Assembly (NCBI GenBank): GCA_017623655.1
Contig: JAGAON010000001.1
Location: 44,233-108,232, forward strand
Length of the DNA stretch: 64,000 nt
DNA from: Prevotella sp.
Lineage (GTDB): Bacteria; Bacteroidota; Bacteroidia; Bacteroidales; Bacteroidaceae
Direction: 5' to 3'
In this document: in pieces, positions 50,733 through 61,589 of the stretch
Numbering within the stretch: position 1 is the stretch's first letter
Layout of the letters: every line of letters begins with the position of its first letter
Position numbers and translations under genes: made by a program
The notes under the pieces: generated by a model
What the model was told of the DNA's origin: nothing
The model's input: only the letters and a program-made list of their open reading frames with translations
Database searches by the model: none

Positions 50733-52310
50733 ATGAAAAAGATAAAGTCAACAATACTCTCCGTGGCTGTTGCAGCCCTGTGTCCCGCCGTGCTGACGGG
50801 TTGCGGCGATTACCTTGAGATAATCCCGGAGAACAACCTCGCGGTAGATAACTTCTGGGCGTCGAAGTCCGACGTTGCCTCCGCGCTCAATTCCGGCTAC
50901 TACTATCTGCGCGCCTCCGTTGAGGAAAAGCTCATCCCGTGGGGAGAGCAGCGCGCGGGCGTGATATACGGAAGGAGCATGGGCGCCAATGTGTTGCAGA
51001 ACTTCCAGATAAAGTCCACCAGCGGCATCTGCTCATGGGCCGACATGTACAAGATAATCAACCAGGCCAACCTCGTGTTGCAGAATGCGGGCAAGGCTCA
51101 GGGCAACGACCCCACATACACTACCGAGGAGGTAAACTCGCACTATTGCGAGGCATACTTCCTGCGTGCGCTGGCATACTTCTACATAGTGCGTAACTGG
51201 CGTGACGCCCCGCTGGTGACAGTGCCTTACGAGACCGACGAGACACCGTTGCAGATAGAGAAGTCGCAGGAAAGTGTGCTCATACAGCAGATACAGTCTG
51301 ACCTCACCGCCGCCATACAGCTTGGTGCTGCCAAGGACCTGTGGGACACCACATGGGAGACCAAGGGCAAGGCGACCAAGTGGTCAATATACGCCCTGAT
51401 GGCTGACGTGTGCCTGTGGAACAGCCAGTTCGACGAGGCCATAAAGTACTGTGACATGATACTGGAAGACAAGTCGGGCAACGCTCCGGCGCTCATCACG
51501 TCTCCGCGCACACACACCGGATGGTTCGCCATGTTCAACCCCGGCAACAGTAAGGAGTCAATCTTCGAGGTACAGTGGAATCAGGAGAAGGCAGACGGTT
51601 CCGGCACGCAGCAGAACACGCTCTATGACAGGTTCGCGGGTCTGGAGAGCGGCTCCTACTATATCTCCCAGCAGGCCATGACCGAGTTCAGGGAAGACTA
51701 CGAGTACCAGAAGACGGCGTTCCGCGTGTTCGCCGAGCCGGAGAACGCCTGCCGCACACTGCACGGCTCTTACAGCGGCGACGACGGTCGTGTATGGAAA
51801 TACATCGGCGGTTCCTCACTGCTGGAGGAGCGCACCGCGGCCGCCCATGACGTCAATTTCATCATCTACCGCGTGGCCGACATCATGCTCATGAAGGCCG
51901 AGGCTCTCGTGATGCGCGGCAAGGGACTTGTCGCCGCCGACAATGCTGAGGCCATATCCCTGATAAACGCCATCCGCGAGCGCAGCAACTGCGAGGCTGT
52001 CACGGCAGACGGGACAGAGCCTGTCACCACCCTGATGGACTACATCGTCCGCGAGCGGGTGATGGAACTCCTTGCCGAGGGCAGAATATGGTACGACCTG
52101 CTGCGCATCTCGCGCTATACGGGCATAGACGGTTTCGACGCGAAGTCATACGCCACGAACAAGATAGTGTATTACAGCGCCACCAACCAGAACGCCAGCG
52201 AGTCATGGATAAAGAACGTGCTGCTGAACGAGAACGCATGGTTCCTGCCTGTCTATGAGTCGGAAATGAAGAACAACGGCAAACTTGTGCAGAACCCTTA
52301 TTATCAGTAA
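50733..52310 (+). CDS. susD: SusD/RagB-family lipoprotein
   Basis: LTGC-GDYLEI, EAYFLRALAYFYIVRNW, IYRVADIMLMKAEA and ERVMELLAEGRIWYDLLR motifs. Confidence 0.93.
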   Translation: MKKIKSTILSVAVAALCPAVLTGCGDYLEIIPENNLAVDNFWASKSDVASALNSGYYYLRASVEEKLIPWGEQRAGVIYGRSMGANVLQNFQIKSTSGICSWADMYKIINQANLVLQNAGKAQGNDPTYTTEEVNSHYCEAYFLRALAYFYIVRNWRDAPLVTVPYETDETPLQIEKSQESVLIQQIQSDLTAAIQLGAAKDLWDTTWETKGKATKWSIYALMADVCLWNSQFDEAIKYCDMILEDKSGNAPALITSPRTHTGWFAMFNPGNSKESIFEVQWNQEKADGSGTQQNTLYDRFAGLESGSYYISQQAMTEFREDYEYQKTAFRVFAEPENACRTLHGSYSGDDGRVWKYIGGSSLLEERTAAAHDVNFIIYRVADIMLMKAEALVMRGKGLVAADNAEAISLINAIRERSNCEAVTADGTEPVTTLMDYIVRERVMELLAEGRIWYDLLRISRYTGIDGFDAKSYATNKIVYYSATNQNASESWIKNVLLNENAWFLPVYESEMKNNGKLVQNPYYQ

Positions 52311-52364
52311 ACCGAACGACAAACAGACAGCCGGAAGCCGGGCAGGAACAGGGGACAAGGTGAA

Positions 52365-52444
52365 AGAGGCCTGTTTACACTGTAATCAGCACCTTTTCAC
52401 ACCATAATCAGCACCTGATTGCACAGTAAAAGCATGCTGATTGC
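52365..52444. repeat. 22-bp tandem array inside the PUL
   Basis: gtaatcagcaccttttcacacc ataatcagcacctgattgcaca. Confidence 0.7.
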
Positions 52445-52509
52445 AACGCCCTGGGAAACAACCGTTTCCGCCCGGTGTTCCACAAATACATAATCAAGAA
52501 TCCAAAATT

Positions 52510-54297
52510 ATGAAAAAGATTATAAATATGCTAATGCTGTCAGCGGCAGTCCTCATAACGGGCTGTTCTGACCCCAATGACGGCGAGCTGTTCGTCACAC
52601 CCACCGAGAACAGGGCTGAGATGTCCATCGTTGACGTCATGGAGACCGATGCCTATAACGGCCAGTTCTCAGAGTGGATAAAGCTGCTGCGCGCCACCAA
52701 CTATTACAACGCCCTGAAGAGCGCGTCGGCCACCGCCACGGTGTTCTCGCCGACCAATGAGGCCATGGCCAAGTTCCTTGCCGGCAGGGGACTGGCGAGC
52801 GTGGAGGAACTGGTGGCTGAGGATGCCGCATACGCCAAGGCGGTGGTGCAGGAGCACATCGTCTCCGGCGTGAAGTGCTTTGACAACCAGCTGGACGTGT
52901 ATGCCAAGGAAAAGTCATACATACCCGAGCGCAACCTGTTCGGGGAATACCTCAACTTCAGCTACGGTTATCTGAACACCGACATGGACGACGCGCTGCG
53001 TCCCACCGAATATCAGGTGACAGACTCCATCTTCATCAACAGCCAGGCGCGTCTCGGGCGCTTCGAGGCCGACAGCTGCCTCAACGGCGTGCTCTATGTC
53101 ATGGCCGACGTGATAAAGCCCCTTGCGGAGACCATAGGCCAGACGCTGGGCGCGGACAAGGACTACTCCATCTTCGCGCAGGCTCTTGAGGAGAGCGAAT
53201 ATGACAGCATAGCCAACAAATATCAGGACACCACATGGGTGCAGGGCGGAAAGTATGTTGTCAACACCTACCGCTACACCTGCTTCGCGGTGCCTGACGA
53301 GGTGTATCATGCCAACGGCATAACGAGCGTCGAAGGTCTGAAGGACTACATCATGGCCAACTGCGCCGACGGGGAGACGGACCCGCACACGGCCCTGAAC
53401 AACTATATGCAGTACCACTTCCTCACCCGTGACTACACGACGGCGGAACTGTTCAACTTCCTTGGCGACGAGGAAATGCTCGTCTATCCGGTGAAGATGA
53501 AGGGACAGTCCGTCATTGCCAACAGAAGCACGGCGGGCAAGATAATCAACAACGACGTGCCCATCCTGCGCTCGGACATCAAGGCCTGCAACGGATACAT
53601 ACACAAGGTGGGCGGCGTAATGCCCGTTTACCATCCGGCCCCGATGCGGATGAAGTGGGACTTCCTCAACAGTGCCGACCTCATATCCATCGTCAACGAC
53701 TACGGTGCGTACAGGGGCATGGGCAATCTGTTCAGCACGCCCATAACGGCCACCAACGAGAAGTACGACTTCACGGGCAACGTGAAATACGGCCAGACCT
53801 TCGCCGAGCCTACGTCGTTCACCTATACCGCAAACGAGACAAGGGCAAGCCGCTCCACATACCATGTGGTGGGCTTCTACAAGGACTTCATCAGCGGCAC
53901 GAAACCCGCATACAACGCCTACATGGACAACTACCTCTGCCTCAACCTCGGCTTCGGCGGATGGGTGGAGTTCACCACGCCGAGCTTCATCGCCGGCAAG
54001 TACAAGATAGTACTGCACTATCTCACCGACGTGGCAAACCAGAGGGACCTTTACAGCAGCGGCTCAAGCACACGCTTCCAGCTGGATGACGACATAGTGA
54101 CACGCCTGATGTATAAGGGCATCACATTCTCCCGTGCGGACAGATACCTTGCGGTGGAAATCACGCTGTGGGACAACAAGGAGTTCACGGAGACCACCTC
54201 TCACACCTTCCGCATCACGATGCGCGACGTGCTGGCGAAGACAAGCGGCAGCTATCACCAGTACCTCGACTACATAGAGCTTATACCAATAGACTAA
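52510..54297 (+). CDS. Fasciclin-domain (DUF5108-like) lipoprotein
   Basis: Lipobox ITGC, TVFSPTNEA, YTCFAVPDE and CNGYIHKV. Start taken at MKKII (52510). Confidence 0.85.
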   Translation: MKKIINMLMLSAAVLITGCSDPNDGELFVTPTENRAEMSIVDVMETDAYNGQFSEWIKLLRATNYYNALKSASATATVFSPTNEAMAKFLAGRGLASVEELVAEDAAYAKAVVQEHIVSGVKCFDNQLDVYAKEKSYIPERNLFGEYLNFSYGYLNTDMDDALRPTEYQVTDSIFINSQARLGRFEADSCLNGVLYVMADVIKPLAETIGQTLGADKDYSIFAQALEESEYDSIANKYQDTTWVQGGKYVVNTYRYTCFAVPDEVYHANGITSVEGLKDYIMANCADGETDPHTALNNYMQYHFLTRDYTTAELFNFLGDEEMLVYPVKMKGQSVIANRSTAGKIINNDVPILRSDIKACNGYIHKVGGVMPVYHPAPMRMKWDFLNSADLISIVNDYGAYRGMGNLFSTPITATNEKYDFTGNVKYGQTFAEPTSFTYTANETRASRSTYHVVGFYKDFISGTKPAYNAYMDNYLCLNLGFGGWVEFTTPSFIAGKYKIVLHYLTDVANQRDLYSSGSSTRFQLDDDIVTRLMYKGITFSRADRYLAVEITLWDNKEFTETTSHTFRITMRDVLAKTSGSYHQYLDYIELIPID

Positions 54298-54310
54298 AAA
54301 ATATCACGAT

Positions 54311-56164
54311 ATGAACATAAGAATAGCAAACAAACTGGGCAAGACAGCGGGCGTTGTGTGCTCGCTGCTGCTCCTGGCGTCATGTTCTGACTGGAGCGAC
54401 CACTATGACGACGGCGGCCTCTCCAATGCGGATGTGGAGATATACGGCGGAGACATTGCCTCTTACATCAACACCAGCGAGTCACTGACCGAGATGGCGA
54501 GCCTGTACGCCCGGAACGGGATATTCGAATCTACCACGCCTGACGGCAACTATACCTTCATAGTGGCGGAGAACTCTGTGCTTGAGGCGCAGAAGGACCA
54601 GATTACCGACGAGGCGCGATGGGCAAGGCACACGGTGGCCGACGCAAGCATCGCACCCTCGCTGCTGACCGACGGATACGGCATACAGACACGCTCGGGC
54701 AAGTCCGTATGGGTGTATGGCAGCGGACAGCAGGCCAAACTCGATGACTATAACATAGTGAAGACGGTGAAGACCACCAACGGATACGTGTATGTTATAG
54801 ACGGGCTGCTGCCGGTGCGACAGTCAATATACGAGTATTTCACCGCACTGCCCGATGAGGAGTACTCCGAATTCAAGGCCATGGTGAAGTCATACGAGGA
54901 AAAATGGTTTGACAGGGAGGCCTCACGCGTCATTGGCGTCAACGAACAGGGCATGACAGTCTATGACTCCGTGTTCGTGAACCGCAACACGCTCATGGAC
55001 CGTTACACCGAGGACGGCGTGGAGAAATGGAATATGCGTGACGAGAACTACCGTACAACGATGTTCATACCGGACAACGCCCAGGTGAAGGAAGCCATGA
55101 AGGCCGCCCTCGACTCCATACCGAAGTGGCTTAACCGCCAGCCGACCGTGGAGGACACGGTAAAGTTCAAGGCGTGGATCGTGAAGGCGTGCTTCGTTGA
55201 CCGCTCCGTACCCGTCGAGGCGCTGACCACCCGCGGCGAGGAACAGTTTGAGTGTGTGGGCGGCTGCCAGATGGTGGAGGACAAGCTGAACGACATCGTT
55301 TCCTACAAGGAAGTGGCTCCGGCACACTGGCGTCCGTCGGTAAACACCGTCAACACCGCCTCAAAAGTGGCGCTCAGCAACGGCACGGCATACCTCACAA
55401 CCAAGCTGCACATCCCCAACCACATTGTCATCTACCGCGTGAAGTCACGCTTCTACGAACTGTGGAATGTCATGACCGCGGCGGAAAGGAATGCACACTT
55501 CCTCTGGACCAACTGGCAGAACCCGATGATATTTAACGAGGCGCAAAATCCTTTCACGCTGTCGGAGAACCTGCCCACCATTTATTATAATGTGCTGACA
55601 GCAGAACCCACACAAGAGGCACATGACGGCGGACTGCCTTGCACTGTGGTCTATGACGGACTGACATACGACGAGGACAACAACGCCGTCTATGAAGTGA
55701 ACCTGCCCGCGGGAGAGTACTATCTGCGAATGGGCTTCAAGCACTCACTGACATACAGCCTCAGCATCTACTTCAAGGGAGCGGACGAGGACGACTCGCA
55801 GTATGTGGAGCTGAAGAAGGACATGGTGATGTACGCCACCGGTGCCAACTTCCACTTCGACCGTGGCGCGGCGTCTGAGGTCCCGCACTACGGCGAGGAC
55901 GGCATAGCCTATCCCGAGAACTTCGACGTGGATTATTGGCAGACCATTGACGAGAAGGCCATAGCGTATGACACCGACGGTTACACCGTGGGCATAGTGA
56001 AGTTGAAGAAGAACGGCAACTTCAAGATAAAGGTAAGCAGTTCTGACCTTGCGGCGAACTATTCCTACAAGATAGGCGACCAGTCCGCACGCAACAATAA
56101 GAAAAACTTGCAGCAGTTGATGATGTATCACTGGTGCCTGCGTCCAACATACAACAACTATTAA
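54311..56164 (+). CDS. Fasciclin-domain lipoprotein
   Basis: Lipobox LASC-SDWSDHY, TNGYVYVIDGLL and TMFIPDN. Confidence 0.82.
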   Translation: MNIRIANKLGKTAGVVCSLLLLASCSDWSDHYDDGGLSNADVEIYGGDIASYINTSESLTEMASLYARNGIFESTTPDGNYTFIVAENSVLEAQKDQITDEARWARHTVADASIAPSLLTDGYGIQTRSGKSVWVYGSGQQAKLDDYNIVKTVKTTNGYVYVIDGLLPVRQSIYEYFTALPDEEYSEFKAMVKSYEEKWFDREASRVIGVNEQGMTVYDSVFVNRNTLMDRYTEDGVEKWNMRDENYRTTMFIPDNAQVKEAMKAALDSIPKWLNRQPTVEDTVKFKAWIVKACFVDRSVPVEALTTRGEEQFECVGGCQMVEDKLNDIVSYKEVAPAHWRPSVNTVNTASKVALSNGTAYLTTKLHIPNHIVIYRVKSRFYELWNVMTAAERNAHFLWTNWQNPMIFNEAQNPFTLSENLPTIYYNVLTAEPTQEAHDGGLPCTVVYDGLTYDEDNNAVYEVNLPAGEYYLRMGFKHSLTYSLSIYFKGADEDDSQYVELKKDMVMYATGANFHFDRGAASEVPHYGEDGIAYPENFDVDYWQTIDEKAIAYDTDGYTVGIVKLKKNGNFKIKVSSSDLAANYSYKIGDQSARNNKKNLQQLMMYHWCLRPTYNNY

Positions 56165-56184
56165 AAAACTCCCTTACCTGATAT

Positions 56185-59100
56185 ATGAGAAAGATAAATA
56201 TTACACTTGCGGCACTGGTAATGACAGCCGCAACGGCTACGGCACAGGGAGTGTCCGTTAAGTCATACATAAAAGGAACAGACAACCAGCCGGTGGAGGG
56301 TGCCATCATTACCGTCAGGGGCGGCGCCTCCGTCGTCACGGACAAGAACGGAGCGTTCGAGATAAAGGCCGCGGACGATAAGTCAGTAGTGCTCATCAAG
56401 GCGCCGGGATACTATGAAATGGAACTGCCGGTGAGCTTCTTCGTAAGGCAGGCGGCCAAGGGTGACTTCGTGATCACCGTCATCCCGACCACCGAGATGA
56501 AGTACAACGGCTATGTCAACACCCCCATGGCCACGCAAACCGTTTACGACAAGAGCGTGACCACGCAGGGACTGGAAGCCAAGGACTTCTCCGGCAAACT
56601 CTCGGTGGGTGCGGCCATAGGCAACAACGTGGCCGGCCTGCAAGTAATCGAGAAGAGCGGGATGCCCGGTGAAGGCACGTTCATGAACATACGGGGCATA
56701 CATTCCCTTGCAGGCGAGAACAGTCCGCTGCTCGTTATCAACGGAGTGCCGTATTTCAGCAACGTCGATGTCTCGGCGGTCATAAACGGTTACAGCCGCG
56801 ACGTGCTTGCAGGCTATTCCCCGAAGGACATCCGTTCCGTCACGGTATTGAAGGGAGCGGAGGCCGCACAGTGGGGAGTGCTCGGCAGTAACGGCGTGAT
56901 CATGATAGAAACGCAACAGGCTAACAGCGACAACCTCGACACACGGATTACCTTCAGCGGGCAGTACGGCTTCAATGTGAAGCAGTCTGCCATCCCTGTT
57001 CTCGACGCATCGCAGTACAGGGCATACATGAAGGACCTTGGACTGACGCTCTATCCCTCCATGTCGGCACTCACAAACGACTATCCTTTCCTGCAAAACG
57101 CCGCAAGCTATACCGGTGACTACCTCTTCAACGAGAACAACAACTGGATGGACGAGATACAGCGCACGGGCTTTGTGACCGACAACCAGCTGCGGGTTGA
57201 GGGCGGCGACGAGATTGCCAAGTACAACATCTCCTTCGGATATACCAAGAACGACGGAGTGCTGAGGAACACTTCCTCCGACCGTTACCACACTCTCATC
57301 TCCGCCGACGTGCTGGCAAGCCGGCAGATAGACATCTTCGCGAACATCAGTCTGTCGTACATCAACTCCGACTTGCTCAACACCGGTACGGCGTCAGCCT
57401 ACAATCCCATCATCTCCGCATACCGCAATATGCCTCTTGTCTCCGCTTTCAAGAAGCAGACAGACGGCCAGACGCTTCTGGACTATGCCAGATACAACGA
57501 GTGGAACACCTCTTCCACACCGATGTACGCATACAACAACGTCAGCAATCCGCTGGCATTGGTCAACAATGTGGAGGGAGACGACAAGATATATGACGCC
57601 AACGCGTCGCTCGGCATCAACTACCGCATCACCGATCACCTGACACTCACGGGGCTTGTGAACCTCTATTACAACTACACCGAGGAGAATATGTTTGTCC
57701 CGGGCGTCACGGACCAGGCCATAATACCGCAGTATTACGGCTACGGCGACAACTACCGCGCCGGCAGTGTGATACGCCAGATGACGAACGCGTATTCCGT
57801 TTCCGCCGACTACAAGCGCACCTTCAACAACATTCACGACCTGAACGTCAAGGCAACCGCACGTTTCATGCAGCACAGCATAGAGACTGACATCGCCGAC
57901 GGCTACAACACCGCCAACGACTACTTCAAGTCCCTCAACTACCTTGTTGACGAACTGCGCACCTACGGCGGCAACAACGAGTGGAACTACATGAGTTACG
58001 CCCTGCACGGAACGTACACTTGGAACAAGATGCTGCGCGCCAGCGCCGGCTTTAACCTCGACGCCACCAGCGCCAGCGGTGCCGACGCCTCGCGCCTCGG
58101 CTTCTTCCCGTCAGCCGGCCTCACCTTCATGGCGGCCAACACAGGTGCCCTGCCTTCGGAAATCAACCTGCTCAACATCACCCTCGAAGGCTCATACTCA
58201 GGCAACGCACGCTTCTCTTCCAACTACGGCAAGGACTACTACACCGCCGCCAACCTCTTCTCCCTCGGCGGCATAGCACGCGCCAATATGCCTAACACCA
58301 AGCTGTCATGGGAGACGACAAGGCAGATTGACTTCGGATTTGAGGCCGCAGCCTTTGGCAACCGCATCAGTCTCGGCTTCAACTACTACTTCGCCAACTC
58401 CTACGACCTGCTGTTCAACAGCAACATATCCAGCGTCTATGGCTCAGGCATATACTATGACAACGTGGGCGAGATAAACAACAGCGGTATAGAACTGTCA
58501 CTTCGTGTCAACCCCATACACAACCGCGACTGGGACTTCGTTGCAGGAGTAACGCTGGCCACCAACAAGAGCACCCTGAAAGACCTCGGCGGAGCGGAGA
58601 AATCCGTCATCTCCTTCACCGGTTACGGCAATGACGACGCACAGGTAGTGATGCAGGTAGGCAGCAACCCCTACGAGTTCTACGGTTACAAGACCGCCGG
58701 TGTCTATGCCACAACGGAGCAGGCGCAGGCCGCAGGGCTCACCAATGCCGCCGGAATCAGCTATCAGGCCGGCGACGTCATCTTCGTTGACCAGAACAAT
58801 GACGGCGTAATCAACGACGCGGACAAGACCGCCATCGGCTGCGCCTCGCCCGATGTCTTCGGCGCCTTCAACCTCGCGCTGCGTTACAGGCAGTTCACCC
58901 TTGACGCCAACTTCGGCTATTCCATCGGCAACGACGCCTATAACTACACCCGCCGTCTGCTGGAATCACAGTCAGCCTTCTACAACCAGTCCACCTCCGT
59001 GCTCAACCGCTGGCAGGTAGAGGGGCAGGTTACGGATATGCCGCGCGCCAACTACGGTGACAACATCGGCAACAACAGCTTCTCCGACCGCTGGATAGAA

Positions 59101-59337
59101 GACGCAAGCTACTTCAAGCTCCGCAGCCTTAAGTTCTCCTACAACTTCGGAAAGATATTCGGTTTCGTCAACTCCGGCAACGTATGGGTAGCGGCCGAGA
59201 ACCTCTTCACCCTGACCAAGTACCTCGGTTCCGATCCGGAGTTTGCCTACGGATACACGGCGTCCATGCGCGGATTCGACTATTCCAAGGTCTCCCTGCC
59301 GAGAACCTTCAAGGTTGGCTTCGACTTAAACTTCTAA
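56185..59337 (+). CDS. susC: SusC/RagA TonB-dependent transporter
   Basis: SGMPGEG..NIRG, PLLVINGVP, VTVLKGAEAAQWGVLGSNGVIMIET and a terminal GFDLNF. Confidence 0.95.
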   Translation: MRKINITLAALVMTAATATAQGVSVKSYIKGTDNQPVEGAIITVRGGASVVTDKNGAFEIKAADDKSVVLIKAPGYYEMELPVSFFVRQAAKGDFVITVIPTTEMKYNGYVNTPMATQTVYDKSVTTQGLEAKDFSGKLSVGAAIGNNVAGLQVIEKSGMPGEGTFMNIRGIHSLAGENSPLLVINGVPYFSNVDVSAVINGYSRDVLAGYSPKDIRSVTVLKGAEAAQWGVLGSNGVIMIETQQANSDNLDTRITFSGQYGFNVKQSAIPVLDASQYRAYMKDLGLTLYPSMSALTNDYPFLQNAASYTGDYLFNENNNWMDEIQRTGFVTDNQLRVEGGDEIAKYNISFGYTKNDGVLRNTSSDRYHTLISADVLASRQIDIFANISLSYINSDLLNTGTASAYNPIISAYRNMPLVSAFKKQTDGQTLLDYARYNEWNTSSTPMYAYNNVSNPLALVNNVEGDDKIYDANASLGINYRITDHLTLTGLVNLYYNYTEENMFVPGVTDQAIIPQYYGYGDNYRAGSVIRQMTNAYSVSADYKRTFNNIHDLNVKATARFMQHSIETDIADGYNTANDYFKSLNYLVDELRTYGGNNEWNYMSYALHGTYTWNKMLRASAGFNLDATSASGADASRLGFFPSAGLTFMAANTGALPSEINLLNITLEGSYSGNARFSSNYGKDYYTAANLFSLGGIARANMPNTKLSWETTRQIDFGFEAAAFGNRISLGFNYYFANSYDLLFNSNISSVYGSGIYYDNVGEINNSGIELSLRVNPIHNRDWDFVAGVTLATNKSTLKDLGGAEKSVISFTGYGNDDAQVVMQVGSNPYEFYGYKTAGVYATTEQAQAAGLTNAAGISYQAGDVIFVDQNNDGVINDADKTAIGCASPDVFGAFNLALRYRQFTLDANFGYSIGNDAYNYTRRLLESQSAFYNQSTSVLNRWQVEGQVTDMPRANYGDNIGNNSFSDRWIEDASYFKLRSLKFSYNFGKIFGFVNSGNVWVAAENLFTLTKYLGSDPEFAYGYTASMRGFDYSKVSLPRTFKVGFDLNF

Positions 59338-59365
59338 ATATCATAAACAACGAAAACATACTATT

Positions 59366-61252
59366 ATGAATATTCTCCCAAAATACATGAGAAGCATATC
59401 CATGCTGGCCGCCGGGCTGACGCTCACGCTGGCCACAAGCTGCTCCGACTACTTCGACCCCACGCCGAAGAACGTTATGGACACGGGCGAGTACATAGGC
59501 GAGGAATCGCAGATGTATAAGGGAATGCTCGGCATAATGAACAAGATGCAGCAGGCGGGCGACCAGGCCATATTCCTCACCGACACGCGGATGAACGTGC
59601 TGGAGACAACAACAAAGGCGCCCGTGGCATTGCAGAACATCTACAACTACGAGAACACCGACCGCAACGAGTACGCCGATCCGGGCGTGTATTACTCCGT
59701 CATCATAGCCTGCAACGACTATATCCGCAAGATGGAGGACTACTACAACGCCACCGGCGGAATGTCGGAGGTGGCCGAGGAATCGTTCCCCAAGCTCCTC
59801 TCAAGCACCATACGCATAAAGGTGTGGGCATACTGGATGCTGGGCCGCATCTACGGCGAGGCTTACTGGTTCGACGACCCGCTCAACGAGAAGAAGCCGC
59901 TTACCGACACCTCCGTCTTCACCCACTGCGATATGCAGCAGCTGACGGACAAGTGTCTCGCGCTGTTGGAAGACGGAATCACCGTAGCGGGAATGCACAT
60001 CAGCTCCAGCCTCACCATGGACTGGTACAAATGGCTGGACACCGAGAACGGGAACGTCGATAACTTCCGGAAGTGGCAGTACCTCACCCCGCCGTACCTG
60101 CTTATGAAGGCCGAGCTGCTCTCATGGCGCTGCAACTACGAAAGCGAGGACGCCGCGCAGGCGGACTGGCTCTGGATACGCGACAACCTGCTGGAATACA
60201 TGTATAAGATACACACGGCGGAAGACCCCGCCGCGTTGGCCAACATACAGATCGACGGCCGCACGCTCTCCATTCCGGGCTTCGAAAGCGCCGTGGAGAA
60301 CATGGGCTTAACCTACCAGACCAACATACCCTTGCAGAGTGACGCCACAAACGCCTACTACAACATCTTCTACACGGAGGATGTAGGCACCAAGTGGCAG
60401 GTCGTAAGCAGCATCATGTATGACTACCGCAACAACCAGCGCAACCGCCTTGTGCAGTATTTCTGCCCGACCTTCCCCGGCGACGGCTTCTATCTCAAGC
60501 CATCGGACTATGCGGTGAACACACTCTATCCGCAGACCGACATACGCTCCATAACCCAAAAGATGGTGATGAACAACCTTGGCGGCGAGAACGCGCTGAC
60601 AAAATACTACTACGCATACAACACCGACAGCCGTTCCTACAAGTACCTGCTTGACAACATCTTCGAGATACAGCCCTCCATCGTGCTGTTCAGAGGCCAT
60701 GACTTCCACTATCTGCTGGCCGAAGCCGAGAACCACCTCGGCAACTGGGACCAGGCCAACGCACTGCTCAACGGCGGCCTCACCAACCGTTTCTCTGAGC
60801 GTTACGACGAAACGACATGGCCCGCCAGCGACAACGTGACGCAAAAGGGATGGTCGCCCTACTACGGCTCATGGTTTGGCTACGCAGGCGGCTACGGAGA
60901 CAGCGGACTGGCAGGCACGGCGTGCGGCACGCTGTACCAGATGCCGGAATATGTCAGCGACGGAGTCTTCGCGCTCAACGGGCAGACCATGACCGAGATG
61001 GAGCGCAGGGAATACTTCGACTGGTGTCTCGCACAGGAGTACAGCAAGGAGTACGTGGCGGAAGGAAAGGCCTACTCCTACCTCTGCAAGATGGCAGACA
61101 GGTGGAGCAGCATGGGACGCGGCGACAAGACTGCCGCCGCCGACAGGATGGCGGCAATCATAACGCCGAAGTATGACGCCGCAAAGGCCGCCAAGGTAAA
61201 GGCAAGCCTTGAAGACAAGTACTTCATCAACTGGAACCTGCAAGACCTCTGA
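59366..61252 (+). CDS. susD: SusD-like lipoprotein (divergent)
   Basis: Lipobox ATSC-SDYFD, YYSVIIACNDYI, WAYWMLGRIYG and YLLAEAENHLG. It follows susC. Confidence 0.8.
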   Translation: MNILPKYMRSISMLAAGLTLTLATSCSDYFDPTPKNVMDTGEYIGEESQMYKGMLGIMNKMQQAGDQAIFLTDTRMNVLETTTKAPVALQNIYNYENTDRNEYADPGVYYSVIIACNDYIRKMEDYYNATGGMSEVAEESFPKLLSSTIRIKVWAYWMLGRIYGEAYWFDDPLNEKKPLTDTSVFTHCDMQQLTDKCLALLEDGITVAGMHISSSLTMDWYKWLDTENGNVDNFRKWQYLTPPYLLMKAELLSWRCNYESEDAAQADWLWIRDNLLEYMYKIHTAEDPAALANIQIDGRTLSIPGFESAVENMGLTYQTNIPLQSDATNAYYNIFYTEDVGTKWQVVSSIMYDYRNNQRNRLVQYFCPTFPGDGFYLKPSDYAVNTLYPQTDIRSITQKMVMNNLGGENALTKYYYAYNTDSRSYKYLLDNIFEIQPSIVLFRGHDFHYLLAEAENHLGNWDQANALLNGGLTNRFSERYDETTWPASDNVTQKGWSPYYGSWFGYAGGYGDSGLAGTACGTLYQMPEYVSDGVFALNGQTMTEMERREYFDWCLAQEYSKEYVAEGKAYSYLCKMADRWSSMGRGDKTAAADRMAAIITPKYDAAKAAKVKASLEDKYFINWNLQDL

Positions 61253-61289
61253 ACGGTGCTCACCCTACGGGGGTGGAGATGATATTCAT

Positions 61290-61391
61290 ACGCTTTTGCC
61301 CTTTCAGGGCGTTTGCGAATATCGGAATCTGCCACCCGGGATGCCGCTCCGCTTTACCCCGGGCTATGCGCTTGCCGGGCTTTCAGCCCGC
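61290..61391. repeat. Half copy of the CCCTGAAAGGG REP-like element
   Basis: ACGCTTTTGCCCTTTCAGGGCG is identical to 4157-4178 and is followed by CCCGGG..CCCGGGCTATGCGCTT..GGGCTTTCAGCCC. Confidence 0.8.
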
Positions 61392-61412
61392 TTAACAAAA
61401 CATACCTGACGG

Positions 61413-61497
61413 CAATCAGGTGCAAATCACGGTGTAATCAGCACCTGATTACACTGCAATCTGCCGCTGATTACACCGCAATCGGCACCTGATTACG
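61413..61497. repeat. 22-bp tandem array
   Basis: gtaatcagcacctgattacact gcaatctgccgctgattacacc gcaatcggcacctgattac. Confidence 0.8.
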
Positions 61498-61589
61498 ACT
61501 GCATCTCCTTTGCTCTTGTCCGTCAGCAGGTTACACCGCAAAAATTATTTTATTCTATATTATTCATTAACAATTAAACTCACAAAACG

